64,000 nucleotides of DNA from Candidatus Binatia bacterium. GTDB lineage: Bacteria > Desulfobacterota > Binatia > HRBIN30. The notes beneath the pieces were generated by a model, which saw nothing but the letters and a program-made list of their open reading frames with translations, made no database searches and was not told the origin of the DNA. Made by a program: the position numbers and the translations under genes. Every line of letters starts with the position of its first letter. Positions within the stretch are counted from its first letter, which is position 1. Positions 1 to 10,561 of the stretch are shown here, in pieces. The DNA is taken from the NCBI GenBank assembly GCA_038245295.1, contig JBBRSP010000005.1, positions 96,001 through 160,000 on the forward strand, given 5' to 3'.

Positions 1-380
1 GTCTTGGCGAGGCTGCGCGGCAGCGACGTGCCCAGACGCGGCATTCGCAAATCGCGCGTCGGGTCGTCTTCGATCTGGTGCTCGCGGATCAGATACTTGT
101 AGAAGCTGCGCAGCGCCGCCAGGCGGCGGGCGCGTGTCTTAGCCGACCATCCCTGGCCCTGCATCCACTCGAGATAACGAATCAGATCGGTCGGCCGGGC
201 ATGTGCCGCATCGTCCTGGCCGCGGCTATGAAGATGGTTTGCAAACGTCTCGAGGTCATTGCCGTACGCCGCGATTGTGTTGTTAGCCAGGCCCTTCTCG
301 ACGGCGATGTAGGTGAGAAACGCGTCGATGCTGGTGTCCGAGGCGCGCGGCGGCGCGACGTTGGGAGAAGCACTCACCAC
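1..380 (-). CDS. xerD: Site-specific tyrosine recombinase XerD, N-terminal part (runs off window start)
   Basis: Not in the ORF track. Manual translation from GTG at 380 gives MVSASPNVAPPRASDTSIDAFLTYIAVEKGLANNTIAAYGNDL...SAKTRARRLAALRSFYKYL...DPTRDLRMPRLGTSLPRSL, a XerC/D SAM-like N-terminal domain. Lies directly downstream of glnD. Confidence 0.85.
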   Translation of the reverse strand, partial: MVSASPNVAPPRASDTSIDAFLTYIAVEKGLANNTIAAYGNDLETFANHLHSRGQDDAAHARPTDLIRYLEWMQGQGWSAKTRARRLAALRSFYKYLIREHQIEDDPTRDLRMPRLGTSLPRSLAK

Positions 381-381
381 G

Positions 382-3099
382 TCAGGCCACAGCTCCCGCG
401 GCCGCCGACTCGACCTCCGCCGGCGGTTGACCTTCCGTCAAGGTGCGCAGCAACGTGGCGCTGATCTCGGCCACACGGTCGGGATCGTCGATCTTCCGGC
501 CATCGGTGTCGGTGACGTAGAACACGTCAAGAACCTGATCGACGTTGGTGGTGATCTTGGCCAGTAGAATCGACAGGCCGAGGTGGAAGAGCGTGTTGGC
601 GATGGCGAACAAAACACCGACACGATCGTGCGTATAGACGTCGATGACCGTGGCATGATCCGACACCTCGTTGAGCACTTCGATATCGGTCGCCACACGC
701 GGTACATAACGATGCGAGAACGACGCCGGCTTCGGTGTCGTCTCCACCAACTGCTCGACGTCCAGAGTTCCCGACAACACGCGACCCAACGACTCCTGAA
801 TGCGCTCCCAACGCTCCGGCCGCATCGCCACTTCCGGGGCGTCACCGTGCGAAATGCGGAAGATATCCAGCACCAGGCCTTCGCGGCTCGTATGGATGCC
901 GGCAGTCAGGATGTTCATACCGTGTGCCAGCAGCACACCGGTCAACATGGCAAACAGACCAGGCCGGTCGCCCGTGACCACGGTGAACTCGCTGAAGTCG
1001 CGCTCCTGGAAATGTTCGACTTCGCTGACGAACCGACGGCCATCGAGCGAGTTCACCAGCTTCCAGTGGTGCACGATGCGGTCATCCGGGACGGTCAGGA
1101 AGTAACGATCGGGCATGTCCTTGAGAAACGGGTCGATCGCCTCCCCGGCGACGGCACGCACACGCTCTTTGGCCCGCGCGACGCGCTCGGCGACGTCCTC
1201 TTCGGGCAACGTCTCGCTCTGAAAGATGTTAGCGGTCTGCAGATACAACTCGCCGAGCAGCAAATCGTGCCAGTTGTTCCAGATCTTCGGGCCGACGGCG
1301 CGCATGTCGGCAAAGGTGACCAGATAGAGAGTCTTCAGGTTGTCGAGTGTCTCCACTCGTCCCGCGAAATCGCGGATCAAGCGCGGATCCTGGATGTCGC
1401 GGCGCTGCGCCAGGTGCGACATATTGAGATGCTGCAGCACCAGGAAGCGCACTCGCGCCGCGTCGTCGGGATTGAGGTTCATGCGCTCGGCGACGGCATC
1501 ACACATGACCGCGCCGCGCTGCGAATGGTTGCCGCCCAATCCCTTGCCGATATCGTGCATCAGCATCGACAGGTAGAGAATCTCCGGCCTATCCATCTCG
1601 CGCATGATCTGCGTCAGCAGCGGCGCCGTGCTTTTGTACGCGCCATTGCGCAGCAACTCGAGCTCGTGCACGGCGCGCAGCGAATGCTCGTCGACCGTGT
1701 AGGTGTGGTAGACGTCGTGCAACACCAGGCACGTCAAGTGTTCGAACTCCGGCAGAATCGCCGACAACACACCGCAACGATGCATGTCGCGCAGCGTCTC
1801 GTAGGCCTTCTTGCCGCGCATGATGTCGAAGAACACCTGAACCGCCTTTGGATCGCGGCGCTGCGCGTCGTCGAAGCAGTCGAGGTTGGCGCGGATCACA
1901 CGCTTAGTGCTGTTGGAAACGACAGCTTCGTGCCGCTGTGCATCGAGGAAGAGGCTGAGGATATTGGTCGAATCGGCCTGCAGCAGCTCGGCGCCGGAGA
2001 TCGAGATGACGCCGTGGGCGATGGTAACACCCGGACGAATCTGGCGCGCCCGGCCGCGGCCAAAGGTGAAGTACGACTTCTTGCGCTCCAGGCAACGTTC
2101 GATGATCTCGTCGGCGAAGCGATTGATCGTCGCCGCGTTCAGGTAATAGGCGCGCATGAAGTGCTCGACGCCCTTCATCGACTCGGTGTCTTCGAAGCCG
2201 AGCTGCGGCGCGATGCGTTCTTGATACTCGAAGGTCAGCTGATCCTGATGTTTGCCGGTTAGGAAATGCAGCGCGTTGCGTACCCGGAAGAGGAAGTCGC
2301 GCGCCCCTTCGACCTCCAGGCGTTCGCTGTCGGTGATGACGCTCTTCATCACCAGATCGGCGAGATCGTCGGCCTTGAACTTCACCTTGGCGAGCCACAT
2401 CGCGGTGTGCAGATCACGCAAACCGCCCTCGCCTTCTTTGAGTTGCGGTTCGAGCAAGTACACCGACTCGCCATAGGCGGCGTGGCGCTTGGCGTTTTCC
2501 TCGAGCTTCTCCTTGTAGAAACGATCGGCGCCCGGCTTGAGGACTTCGGCATCCATGGCCGCGTCAAACTCGTGATACAACTCCTCGTCGCCGCACAGAA
2601 AGCGTGCATCGAGCAACGCGGTTTTGACTTTCATGTCCTGCACCGCCAGCTTGACGCACTCGCGCGCGTTGCGCATGGCGTTGCCGACCTGCAGGCGCGC
2701 GTCCCACAACGTGTGCAGTACACGTTCGGCGACGTACTCGACGTAGGGATCGCACTTATGCGGATAGAGGAACAAGAGGTCGATGTCGGAGCACGGGTTG
2801 AGCTCGCCGCGACCGTAGCCGCCCTGGGCAACCATCGAGAAGCGTTGATTGACGCGTGAGTAGCGCTCGGCGTAACGCTCGCTGGCTTCACGGAACAAGG
2901 TCAAAAGCAGCTGGTCCATGACGCCGGTATAGGCCGCCACGACGGCGTGGCCGGAGGCGCCGCGCTGGTGCCACTCGAAGAGCCTGGCCTTCGCTTGATC
3001 GAGATACTCGCGCGCCCCCTTACCCCAGTCGTCACCAAGACTGACCGGTGTGATTTCCGGAGCTGGCCCCGGATCAGGGGGAAGAATGATGTCGCTCAT
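382..3099 (-). CDS. glnD: [Protein-PII] uridylyltransferase/uridylyl-removing enzyme
   Basis: 905 aa. GGYGRGELxPxSDIDLL nucleotidyltransferase motif, LKEGEGGLRD, HD domain (YHTYTVDEH, LMHDIGKG), two C-terminal ACT domains (DRPGLFA, DRVGVLF). Confidence 0.97.
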   Translation of the reverse strand: MSDIILPPDPGPAPEITPVSLGDDWGKGAREYLDQAKARLFEWHQRGASGHAVVAAYTGVMDQLLLTLFREASERYAERYSRVNQRFSMVAQGGYGRGELNPCSDIDLLFLYPHKCDPYVEYVAERVLHTLWDARLQVGNAMRNARECVKLAVQDMKVKTALLDARFLCGDEELYHEFDAAMDAEVLKPGADRFYKEKLEENAKRHAAYGESVYLLEPQLKEGEGGLRDLHTAMWLAKVKFKADDLADLVMKSVITDSERLEVEGARDFLFRVRNALHFLTGKHQDQLTFEYQERIAPQLGFEDTESMKGVEHFMRAYYLNAATINRFADEIIERCLERKKSYFTFGRGRARQIRPGVTIAHGVISISGAELLQADSTNILSLFLDAQRHEAVVSNSTKRVIRANLDCFDDAQRRDPKAVQVFFDIMRGKKAYETLRDMHRCGVLSAILPEFEHLTCLVLHDVYHTYTVDEHSLRAVHELELLRNGAYKSTAPLLTQIMREMDRPEILYLSMLMHDIGKGLGGNHSQRGAVMCDAVAERMNLNPDDAARVRFLVLQHLNMSHLAQRRDIQDPRLIRDFAGRVETLDNLKTLYLVTFADMRAVGPKIWNNWHDLLLGELYLQTANIFQSETLPEEDVAERVARAKERVRAVAGEAIDPFLKDMPDRYFLTVPDDRIVHHWKLVNSLDGRRFVSEVEHFQERDFSEFTVVTGDRPGLFAMLTGVLLAHGMNILTAGIHTSREGLVLDIFRISHGDAPEVAMRPERWERIQESLGRVLSGTLDVEQLVETTPKPASFSHRYVPRVATDIEVLNEVSDHATVIDVYTHDRVGVLFAIANTLFHLGLSILLAKITTNVDQVLDVFYVTDTDGRKIDDPDRVAEISATLLRTLTEGQPPAEVESAAAGAVA

Positions 3100-4445
3100 A
3101 GGTTTCCTGCGGACTGGGCATTCTCAACAGAAGCTCGGATGCCGCGCAAGAGGCCATCCACGAGCAACGCCTGATAGTCGGCGGACGTCAGCCGCGCACC
3201 TTCGATTGGATGAGTCACGAAGCCAACTTCAGCGAGTACACACGGCATGCCGGCGCCGACGAGCACATAGAAGGGACCACGCTTGACGCCAAGGTCGGCA
3301 ACATCGGCGTGGGCCCGGCGCGTGCCGGCAACCAATTGCGCCTGGACCTTCTCGGCGAAAGCCGTCGACTCGTGGATCTTGTAGTTCTGAATCATGTCGC
3401 TGAGGATCAGCGCCGCGCCGGGTTCATCGCTGCCGCCGCCGGTCATCGAGCGCAGCCCGTTCTCCATGGCGGCAAGGCGCAGCGTCGCGCGGTCATCAGT
3501 GTTGCGCAGGTAGTAGGTTTCGATGCCGACCAGATCAGGGTTGGTGCTGGCATTGGCGTGAATCGAGACGAACAGGTCGGCACTCGCCTTGTTGGCAATG
3601 GCGGTGCGCTCCTCGAGGGCGATGAAAATATCGCGATCGCGCGTCAGCACGACCTGATAGCCGAGCTCGCGCACCAGACGATCACGCAGCGCGCGTGTGA
3701 TGGCCAGGACGATATCCTTCTCGACGACCCCAGGAGCGCCGCTGGCACCGGGATCCTTGCCGCCGTGTCCGGCATCGAGCACGATCTTCACCGCCTTGGC
3801 GGCAACGTGGCTGCTCACGGTGGCGACCGCCGAGACACGCACCGCTGTGGGTGTTGCCGGCAACGGCATCCGACCGGCAACCGCGAGTGTGGGCGTTCGC
3901 GGCAAGGCAATCGTCGCAACACCGCGTGGTAGTGGTGAGGGTGTCGCCGTAGGTGGTACCGTCGGCGTCACTGGCACGAAACGCGGCGTCCCTCGAACAT
4001 CAATGATGAGACGATACGGATCAGGCAGAAAGAAGGTGCCGGCATCTTCGAGGCCCGGCACATCGATCACCAGGCGCACGCCGTCTTCGACATGTGTCGC
4101 CCGCACGCGCACGGCCGGCCCCTCCGGCAACGCCTTCGGCAACGGCGCCGGCTCGGCGACCCGGGCACCGGGAAAGTTGATGACCACACGTGCCGGCACC
4201 CCAAGCTCCGGCTGAGCCGGTTGCTGTTCGAGATGGTGTTCCACCGCCTCGGTAAACTGGACGATGAAGCGAGTCTGCTCCGGCGTCGCGATCACCCGCA
4301 CCGCGCGCAGCACCGGCAGCGCCCGAGCGGCAGCGGCGCTCAGAAGCAGAAGAACCAAAGAACAGGAAAGGCAAACGCCCCCTCTGCCACCTCGAGCGGA
4401 AGGCAAGCGCCTGGGAGAGAGTCGGGCTGAGGGAGCCTTGCACAT
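3096..4445 (-). CDS. amiC: N-acetylmuramoyl-L-alanine amidase (AMIN + Amidase_3)
   Basis: IVLDAGHGGKDPGA, EK, ADLFVSIHANAS and VLAEVGFVTH motifs. N-terminal hydrophobic segment, AMIN-like domain and Pro/Thr linker. Start uncertain; ATG 4445 chosen. Confidence 0.9.
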   Translation of the reverse strand: MCKAPSARLSPRRLPSARGGRGGVCLSCSLVLLLLSAAAARALPVLRAVRVIATPEQTRFIVQFTEAVEHHLEQQPAQPELGVPARVVINFPGARVAEPAPLPKALPEGPAVRVRATHVEDGVRLVIDVPGLEDAGTFFLPDPYRLIIDVRGTPRFVPVTPTVPPTATPSPLPRGVATIALPRTPTLAVAGRMPLPATPTAVRVSAVATVSSHVAAKAVKIVLDAGHGGKDPGASGAPGVVEKDIVLAITRALRDRLVRELGYQVVLTRDRDIFIALEERTAIANKASADLFVSIHANASTNPDLVGIETYYLRNTDDRATLRLAAMENGLRSMTGGGSDEPGAALILSDMIQNYKIHESTAFAEKVQAQLVAGTRRAHADVADLGVKRGPFYVLVGAGMPCVLAEVGFVTHPIEGARLTSADYQALLVDGLLRGIRASVENAQSAGNL

Positions 4446-4556
4446 CAATTGAACGCGGTTCCATCCAGGTTCGCGCCCGCACGCGGGCTCGGGCCCGGGC
4501 AGGCGCGCGGGCATGCACCCCTACCCCCTACCATCTTGCAGCACGCGGCATTCCAC

Positions 4557-5288
4557 CTACCACGACTCGATCCAAGGCCGCAGATCGATCTCGTGTGTCC
4601 ACGCGCTCGGAGACTGTTGGTGGATGTGCCAGTAGTTGTCGGCAATCGCATCGGGATCGAGTAGCCCGTGCTCCCCCTTCTCGGCCTTCAGGCTCGGGAG
4701 GAATGTATTGATGCGATCACCGTCGATGGCACCGTCGACGATGACATGCGCCACGTGGATCCCCTGTGGTCCGAACTCGCGGGCCGCTGATTGTGCCAGC
4801 GCCCGCAGCGCCGCCTTGGCGTGCGCAAAACCACCGAAACGCGCCTTGCCGCGTAGCGATGCCGATGCGCCGGTGAAGATCACCGTGCCGCTCTTGCGCG
4901 GCAGCATCGCTTCGATCGCCGCCTTGGCCAAAATGAATCCGGCCAGGGCATTGGTGCGCCACATCTGTTCGAGAAACGCTGCGTCCATGTCGAGAAAGCC
5001 GGCCGGCCAGTTGCCGCCGGCGTTGAATAAGGCGGCCTGCAACGGCGCTTCAGGTAGATCAGCTTGCGCCACGACACGCTGCACCAGCGCCTCGTCGGTG
5101 ACATCACCAAGCACCGCCTCCACCTGCGCTCCCTTGGCGCGTAACTCGTCGAGCGAAGCGTTCAGCTTCTCTTCCGAGCGCCCGACGATGGTGACGCGAT
5201 ACCCTTCAGCGGCAAAACGCCGCGCAATCGCCGCGCCAAGACCGCGCGGCGGACCGACACCCAGAACGATGGCCGATGCTTGCGACAT
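4557..5288 (-). CDS. Short-chain dehydrogenase/reductase
   Basis: GVGPPRGLG Rossmann motif, FNAG, TGASAS, FxxAK, AREFGPQGIHVAHVIVDG. Confidence 0.9.
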   Translation of the reverse strand: MSQASAIVLGVGPPRGLGAAIARRFAAEGYRVTIVGRSEEKLNASLDELRAKGAQVEAVLGDVTDEALVQRVVAQADLPEAPLQAALFNAGGNWPAGFLDMDAAFLEQMWRTNALAGFILAKAAIEAMLPRKSGTVIFTGASASLRGKARFGGFAHAKAALRALAQSAAREFGPQGIHVAHVIVDGAIDGDRINTFLPSLKAEKGEHGLLDPDAIADNYWHIHQQSPSAWTHEIDLRPWIESW

Positions 5289-5440
5289 GGGATTCCTCCT
5301 GTATCGACTAGCGCGCTTCTCGCGCCGCCCATACCGCGCCCTCGTATCCCGACGCGCTGGTGCTCACCAGCCCCGCAGGCTTCAGCCTGCGGAGAGCACG
5401 GCCAGGTAAGGGCTCGCAGCAGAGACGCGGCGCTCCGGGC

Positions 5441-8029
5441 TCAACGCCCCTTGCGCGCCATCACCACCAGCGCGTGCAAACGCGTCAACGCCTCGATCGG
5501 CGTCATCTGATCCACATCGATCTCGGCCAGCTCCTCGCGCAGCCGTGTGTCGCCGCCGAACAGCGACAGTTGCGCCGTAGCGGGTGCCTCTTCGGTTTGC
5601 GCCAGACGCGGTTTGCCGGCGGCGTTGAGCTCGTCGGCTTCGAGATTTCGTAGAATCTGCTTGGCGCGGGCGATTACCGGATCCGGCACACCGGCGAGGC
5701 GCGCCACCTGAATGCCGTAACTCTGACTCGCCGGTCCCTCGACGATGCGGCGCAAGAACACAACCTCACCCTTCCACTCGCGCACCGCCACCGAACAGTT
5801 GGCGATGCGCTCGTGCAAACGCGCCAAGTCGGTGAGCTCGTGATAGTGCGTCGCGAACAACACGAGTGGCCGTGTCACCGCTTCGTGGAGGAACTCGGCC
5901 ACCGCCCAGGCGATCGAGATGCCGTCGAAGGTGCTGGTGCCGCGACCGATCTCATCGAGGATCACCAGGCTACGCGGCGTCAGGTTGGAAAGAATCTCCG
6001 CCGTCTCCTTCATCTCCACCATGAACGTCGACTCACCACCGGCCAGGTTGTCGGAAGCGCCGACGCGCGTGAACAGGCGATCGACGATGCCGATCTCGGC
6101 GCTGGCCGCCGGCACGAAGCCGCCCATCTGCGCCATCAGCGTCAGGATCGCGACCTGCCGCAGGTAGGTCGACTTGCCCGCCATGTTCGGCCCGGTCACC
6201 GTCAGGATCTGCGGCCCCGACGGATCGAGCACACAGTCATTCGGTACGAAGCCGGCACGGCCGGCCATCGCTTCGACGACAGGATGGCGGCCGTCACGAA
6301 TGGCAACATGACGCTCATGAGTCAGCACGGGGCGTATGTACTGACGCTGCTCGGCAACCGTCGCCAGGCTGCGCAAGACATCGAATTGCGCCAGGGCATT
6401 GGCGGTGCGACCCAGACGCAGCTGATGCGTCGCTACCTCCACCACGATCCGGCTGAAGATCTCGTACTCGAGAGCTCGCACCCGCTCCTCGGCGCCGACG
6501 ACCTTGGCCTCGTATTCTTCCAGCTTCGGCGTGACGAAGCGCTCGGCGTTGGCCGTCGTCTGCTTACGGCGGAAGTCGTCGGGGACGAGATGCAGATTCG
6601 GTTTGGTAACTTCGATGTAGTAGCCGAAGACGTTGTTGAAGCGGACCTTGAGCGAGGTGATGCCGGTGCGCTGGCGTTCGTCGATCTCGATCTGCGAGAT
6701 GAATTGTTTGCCGTGACTCGACAGCTGGCGCAATTCGTCGACCTGGGCATCGAGTCCGGCGCGCACAAGACCACCGCCGTGCGCGTTGAGCGGCGGATCA
6801 TCGGCCATCGTGCGCTCGATGTCGGCGACGACATCGTCCATCGGGTCGAGCTCGGCGGCGACCTGTTGCAGCAACGGCGCCGTCGTCGACAGCAGCGCCC
6901 GGCGCAACTCGCCGACACGTCGCAGTGTCGCGGCCAACCCCGTGATGTCGCGCGGCGTCACCCGCGCCGCCGCCAGGCGACCGTTCAAACGCTCGAGATC
7001 ACCAACACCGCGCAGCTCCGCCTCCAAACTGTGGCGCCAGGTCGGCTGATCACGCAGACTCTCCACGGCATCGAGACGCGCACCAATGCCTGCCGCTTGT
7101 GTCAGCGGTGCCAGGATCCATTGGCGGAGCAATCGGCCGCCCATCGGGGTCAGCGTATGATCGAGGACCCACAGCAGCGAGCCACGGCGCTCGCCACGCA
7201 AAGTCGACAACAACTCCAGATTGCGACGTGTCGCTTGATCGAGATGCAGGCGATCAGCGCGGCCCTGCACCTCGGGCAAGCGTAGATGTTCGAGGCCGGC
7301 GCGGTGGGTTTGCCCGAGGTACCACAGAACTGCGGAGAGTGCGCCCAGACCGCTGAACGCCGTCGGGTCGGCGCCACGCGAGCGCAGCCACGTTTCGGCG
7401 CCGTCGGGAGTGAACTGAATGGGAGGGATGCGATTGAGGAGAACGCCCGGCAGTGCGACCTCGATGGCAGTAATCAACTCGGTGGCATCTTGCGGTGCCA
7501 GGACTTCGCGTGGCGCCAGACGTGCCAGCTCATCGGCAATGGCGCGATGATCCGACAAGGGCACGAGGCGCACCTCGCCGGTCGACAGATCAACCGCGGC
7601 GATTGTACCGCCGGCACCGTCGAGTTGGGCGGCGGCCAGGAAGTTTGGGACCTTCGGATCGAGCGACTCTTCTTCGGTGACGGTCCCCGGCGTGACAACG
7701 CGCACCACGGCGCGCTCGACGAGACCTTTCACGGTAGCCGGGTCCTGCATCTGCTCGCATAGGGCCACCTTCTTCCCAGCGGCGAGCAGCTTGGCGATAT
7801 ACGCCTGCACGGCGAAGTGTGGCACGCCGCACATCGGAATCGGAACATCGTCCTTCTTGCTGCGACTGGTCAGCGTCACGTCGAGAATAGGCGCGGCAAT
7901 CTCGGCATCTTCGAAGAACATCTCGTAGAAATCGCCAAGGCGAAAGAACAGCAGAGCGTCCGGGTGCTCGCTCTTGGCGCGCACGTATTGCTCGAGCATC
8001 GGCGTCAGCTTGGGCGGCGGGGTGGTCAC
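5441..8029 (-). CDS. mutS: DNA mismatch repair protein MutS
   Basis: TPMLEQY, FFRLGDFYEMF, TGPNMAGKSTYLRQ, DEIGRGTST, FATHYHEL, SYGIQVARLAG. Confidence 0.98.
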   Translation of the reverse strand: MTTPPPKLTPMLEQYVRAKSEHPDALLFFRLGDFYEMFFEDAEIAAPILDVTLTSRSKKDDVPIPMCGVPHFAVQAYIAKLLAAGKKVALCEQMQDPATVKGLVERAVVRVVTPGTVTEEESLDPKVPNFLAAAQLDGAGGTIAAVDLSTGEVRLVPLSDHRAIADELARLAPREVLAPQDATELITAIEVALPGVLLNRIPPIQFTPDGAETWLRSRGADPTAFSGLGALSAVLWYLGQTHRAGLEHLRLPEVQGRADRLHLDQATRRNLELLSTLRGERRGSLLWVLDHTLTPMGGRLLRQWILAPLTQAAGIGARLDAVESLRDQPTWRHSLEAELRGVGDLERLNGRLAAARVTPRDITGLAATLRRVGELRRALLSTTAPLLQQVAAELDPMDDVVADIERTMADDPPLNAHGGGLVRAGLDAQVDELRQLSSHGKQFISQIEIDERQRTGITSLKVRFNNVFGYYIEVTKPNLHLVPDDFRRKQTTANAERFVTPKLEEYEAKVVGAEERVRALEYEIFSRIVVEVATHQLRLGRTANALAQFDVLRSLATVAEQRQYIRPVLTHERHVAIRDGRHPVVEAMAGRAGFVPNDCVLDPSGPQILTVTGPNMAGKSTYLRQVAILTLMAQMGGFVPAASAEIGIVDRLFTRVGASDNLAGGESTFMVEMKETAEILSNLTPRSLVILDEIGRGTSTFDGISIAWAVAEFLHEAVTRPLVLFATHYHELTDLARLHERIANCSVAVREWKGEVVFLRRIVEGPASQSYGIQVARLAGVPDPVIARAKQILRNLEADELNAAGKPRLAQTEEAPATAQLSLFGGDTRLREELAEIDVDQMTPIEALTRLHALVVMARKGR

Positions 8030-8167
8030 AGCGGCGCGATACTCGCACCACAGAACAACGGCGACAACCCGCGGGAATCTGGTGAGTACTTTCGCGCTGC
8101 AGCACCCCTAGGTTCAGACTCGACTGGCTTGACCTTGACGGCGAGTTGGCCGACCCTCTCGAATACG

Positions 8168-8240
8168 TTGCGTCAGATCTCGCGCTTTTTCGAAATCGTC
8201 ATCAGAATGTACTTCGATGACCATCAGCCAGTTTCACGCG
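8168..8240 (+). pseudogene. Remnant of a DUF4160-family (TA-associated) gene 5' end
   Basis: Translates LRQISRFFEIVIRMYFDDHQP, then F-H-A in the +1 frame. This matches the recalled family start MPxISxFxGIxIxMYxxDHxPPHFHA. Frameshifted and truncated. Confidence 0.7.
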
Positions 8241-8302
8241 CAGGGGCCGATGATCGGGACGCTCTGGGACCCACCGCCTTGGCGTGGTAGGACCCGCGGC
8301 CT

Positions 8303-10135
8303 ATGGCAACGCGTCGCAAGGCCGGCACGATTACAGGTACACTCAAGCCGGCTGATCCGTTCGAGTTGATTCGCTGGTTGGCGCGCTCGCAGAACGATCC
8401 GCGCAAGGCGCTGGCTGAGTTGGTTCAGAACTCGCTCGATGCCAGGGCAACGCGCGTCGAAATCACCCGCTTCCGCGAACGCGGCGTCACCGGCCTGCGC
8501 ATTCACGACAACGGCAGCGGCGTGGTTCCCGAGATGTCGCGCGAGGATGCGCTCAAACACATCGCCACCAATGTCGGCCACTCGCGCAAGCGTGGGATCA
8601 CCCTCGCGGAGCGCCGCGAGTTGATGCTGCAGGGCAAGTACGGGATAGGGCTGTTGGGCTTCTGGTCGATCGGGCGGCAGTTCGAGATGCGCTCGCAAGT
8701 CGGCAGCTCGGGCGCCTGGGTCTTGCATCTGACCGAAGACGAGCCGCGCTTCGAGGTCGAGCGTCTGCGTGGTCGGTTGCCGATCGAAGGGACATGGACC
8801 GAGGTCATCGTCCGCCACCTGCATCGCTCCGCCTTCGTAACTCTGGGTGGCCGGCGCATCGCCGACTATCTCGCCGCCGAGTTGCGCGGCCAGTTGCTGA
8901 TGCGGCCGGTCGATCTGATCGTCCATGACAAAGTGGCGCGCGGCCGCGCCGCCAAGGTGATGCGCGTCGAGCCGATGCGCTACGAGGGTCAGCCGTTGGC
9001 GCTACCTGACAGCATCGCGACGCCGCACGGCCCGGTGAAAGTCGAGCTGTACCTCCTTCCCGAGCACGGCGCCGATCGCGGACGGGTCACCGTCGCCGCC
9101 ACCGGGACCATCGTTTACGACGACCTCATCGACTACGCGGTCGCCGATTTTCGACACTCGCCGTGGACCAGCGGTCGCATCACCGGCGTGCTCGACTTCG
9201 CGGCGTTCGAGGTAGCCCCGGGAACTCGCCGCGGGGTTCTACCGAACGACGCGGCGCAGTCCTTCGTCACGGCGGTCGAGGCGCTGGAAGAATTGCTGCG
9301 CTCGGTCTTCGCCGAGGAAGAGCTACGTCTCTCTTCGGCGTTGGAAGCCGACCTCATGAAGCAATTGCAGCGTGCCTTCCGCGACTTGCCGCGTATGGCG
9401 CCCGAGTACGATTTCTTCGCACCCGAACCGGAATCCGAGTCGGCACCGATCACCGGCGCAGGGAGCGACGTGGACGGACCCACCACGGCAAGTGCGCCAC
9501 CGCGATCCGAAGGCAGCGTCGGCGAATCACCTGAGACGGAGTACGAGGAACCGCCGACACGCGAGCTGTTCCCACCCGGCCCGCTCGCCGTCCTGGAGCT
9601 TGTACCACCCGCCCTCAAAGTGCCGGGCCTGCAGACGCGGCGCATCCGCGCCCGCGCCTTCGACCTCGCCGGCAAGGAGATCGCTGAAGGTGTTGTCTTC
9701 GAATGGAGCTGCGACAGCACCACGTCACGCATCGAGCCCGATGGATCGCGGGCGCGCGTGTTCGCCGGTTTCGACGCGGAAACATTTCGGCTCACCGTGG
9801 TCGGCCATCAGGGTGAGCGACACGCCACCAGTGAAGCAATCGTCGAGGTAACCGAAGCCGTCGACGCACGCGCCGAGGCCGGCATTCCGCAGCCCGAGTT
9901 CGTCAACGAAGCAACTGGTAACTGGCGGTCGCGCTTTTACGACGGCCGCTGGCAGGTCAACGCCGGCCACCGCGACTACCTCATCTCCGCCGAGTCGCCG
10001 CGGCGCAAGCTACGCTACCTGACCGCGCTGTTGGCCAAGGAAATCGTCCTGCACTCCTTCCCGCATCCACAACACGGCGCCGTGCTCGAACGTATGGTCG
10101 AAGTCTTGACCATCACGGATCGCCGGATCGGTTAA
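8303..10135 (+). CDS. Standalone GHKL (HATPase_c/Hsp90/MORC-like) ATPase with acidic linker and uncharacterised C-terminal domains
   Basis: Bergerat-fold motifs ALAELVQNSLDA (N box), IHDNGSGV (G1), GKYGIGLLG (G2), GT. No histidine-kinase, gyrase or MutL C-terminal domains recognised. Confidence 0.85.
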   Translation: MATRRKAGTITGTLKPADPFELIRWLARSQNDPRKALAELVQNSLDARATRVEITRFRERGVTGLRIHDNGSGVVPEMSREDALKHIATNVGHSRKRGITLAERRELMLQGKYGIGLLGFWSIGRQFEMRSQVGSSGAWVLHLTEDEPRFEVERLRGRLPIEGTWTEVIVRHLHRSAFVTLGGRRIADYLAAELRGQLLMRPVDLIVHDKVARGRAAKVMRVEPMRYEGQPLALPDSIATPHGPVKVELYLLPEHGADRGRVTVAATGTIVYDDLIDYAVADFRHSPWTSGRITGVLDFAAFEVAPGTRRGVLPNDAAQSFVTAVEALEELLRSVFAEEELRLSSALEADLMKQLQRAFRDLPRMAPEYDFFAPEPESESAPITGAGSDVDGPTTASAPPRSEGSVGESPETEYEEPPTRELFPPGPLAVLELVPPALKVPGLQTRRIRARAFDLAGKEIAEGVVFEWSCDSTTSRIEPDGSRARVFAGFDAETFRLTVVGHQGERHATSEAIVEVTEAVDARAEAGIPQPEFVNEATGNWRSRFYDGRWQVNAGHRDYLISAESPRRKLRYLTALLAKEIVLHSFPHPQHGAVLERMVEVLTITDRRIG

Positions 10136-10165
10136 CGTCGGGATGAGCGACAGATTCGAGAACGG

Positions 10166-10450
10166 GTGCAGTCAGGAGCGGGTTTGCGGTATTGGCCGAT
10201 AGTTACAGTCGTGCTGTTCTTGGCCTGCGCGACAGAATGTGTGCCCGACGCTGAGGCTCGCCCCCTGGCTCAAATTCTTAGTCCCGAACCTAACACCAAG
10301 CTGAGGCCTGATCGCCAAGCGATGATCCGAATACGCGCACAATCGAGCCTGATCCAAAGTTCCCCTCGCTGGAGCCTCAGTTTGGCGACGGGAAGCACCG
10401 AGCAATCCCTCGTATCCGGTTCGACTGGCATTCGACGGGGACGTTGTTAG
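10166..10450 (+). CDS. Short hypothetical ORF with signal-peptide-like N-terminus, possibly a truncated secreted-protein gene
   Basis: Hydrophobic stretch WPIVTVVLFLACA; atypical codon usage. Confidence 0.3.
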   Translation: MQSGAGLRYWPIVTVVLFLACATECVPDAEARPLAQILSPEPNTKLRPDRQAMIRIRAQSSLIQSSPRWSLSLATGSTEQSLVSGSTGIRRGRC

Positions 10451-10561
10451 AACTCTCTCAACTCTCCGATCAGCCCATTTTCCGAACCCTCGGTCCAACC
10501 GTTCTGGCATCGATGCACCGCAGTCATTGTGTGTGGCTGTCTTTCGCGGAGTGTGTTCACT

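Noticed and set aside
1..380. Phage or island integrase
   Set aside because: Sequence and position after glnD fit chromosomal XerD; no att site or phage genes nearby.
583..2262. Long antisense or alternative-frame ORFs (also 5813-7285, 34380-35858, 40000s and 48655-50043)
   Set aside because: Shadow ORFs opposite well-supported genes, expected from high GC3.
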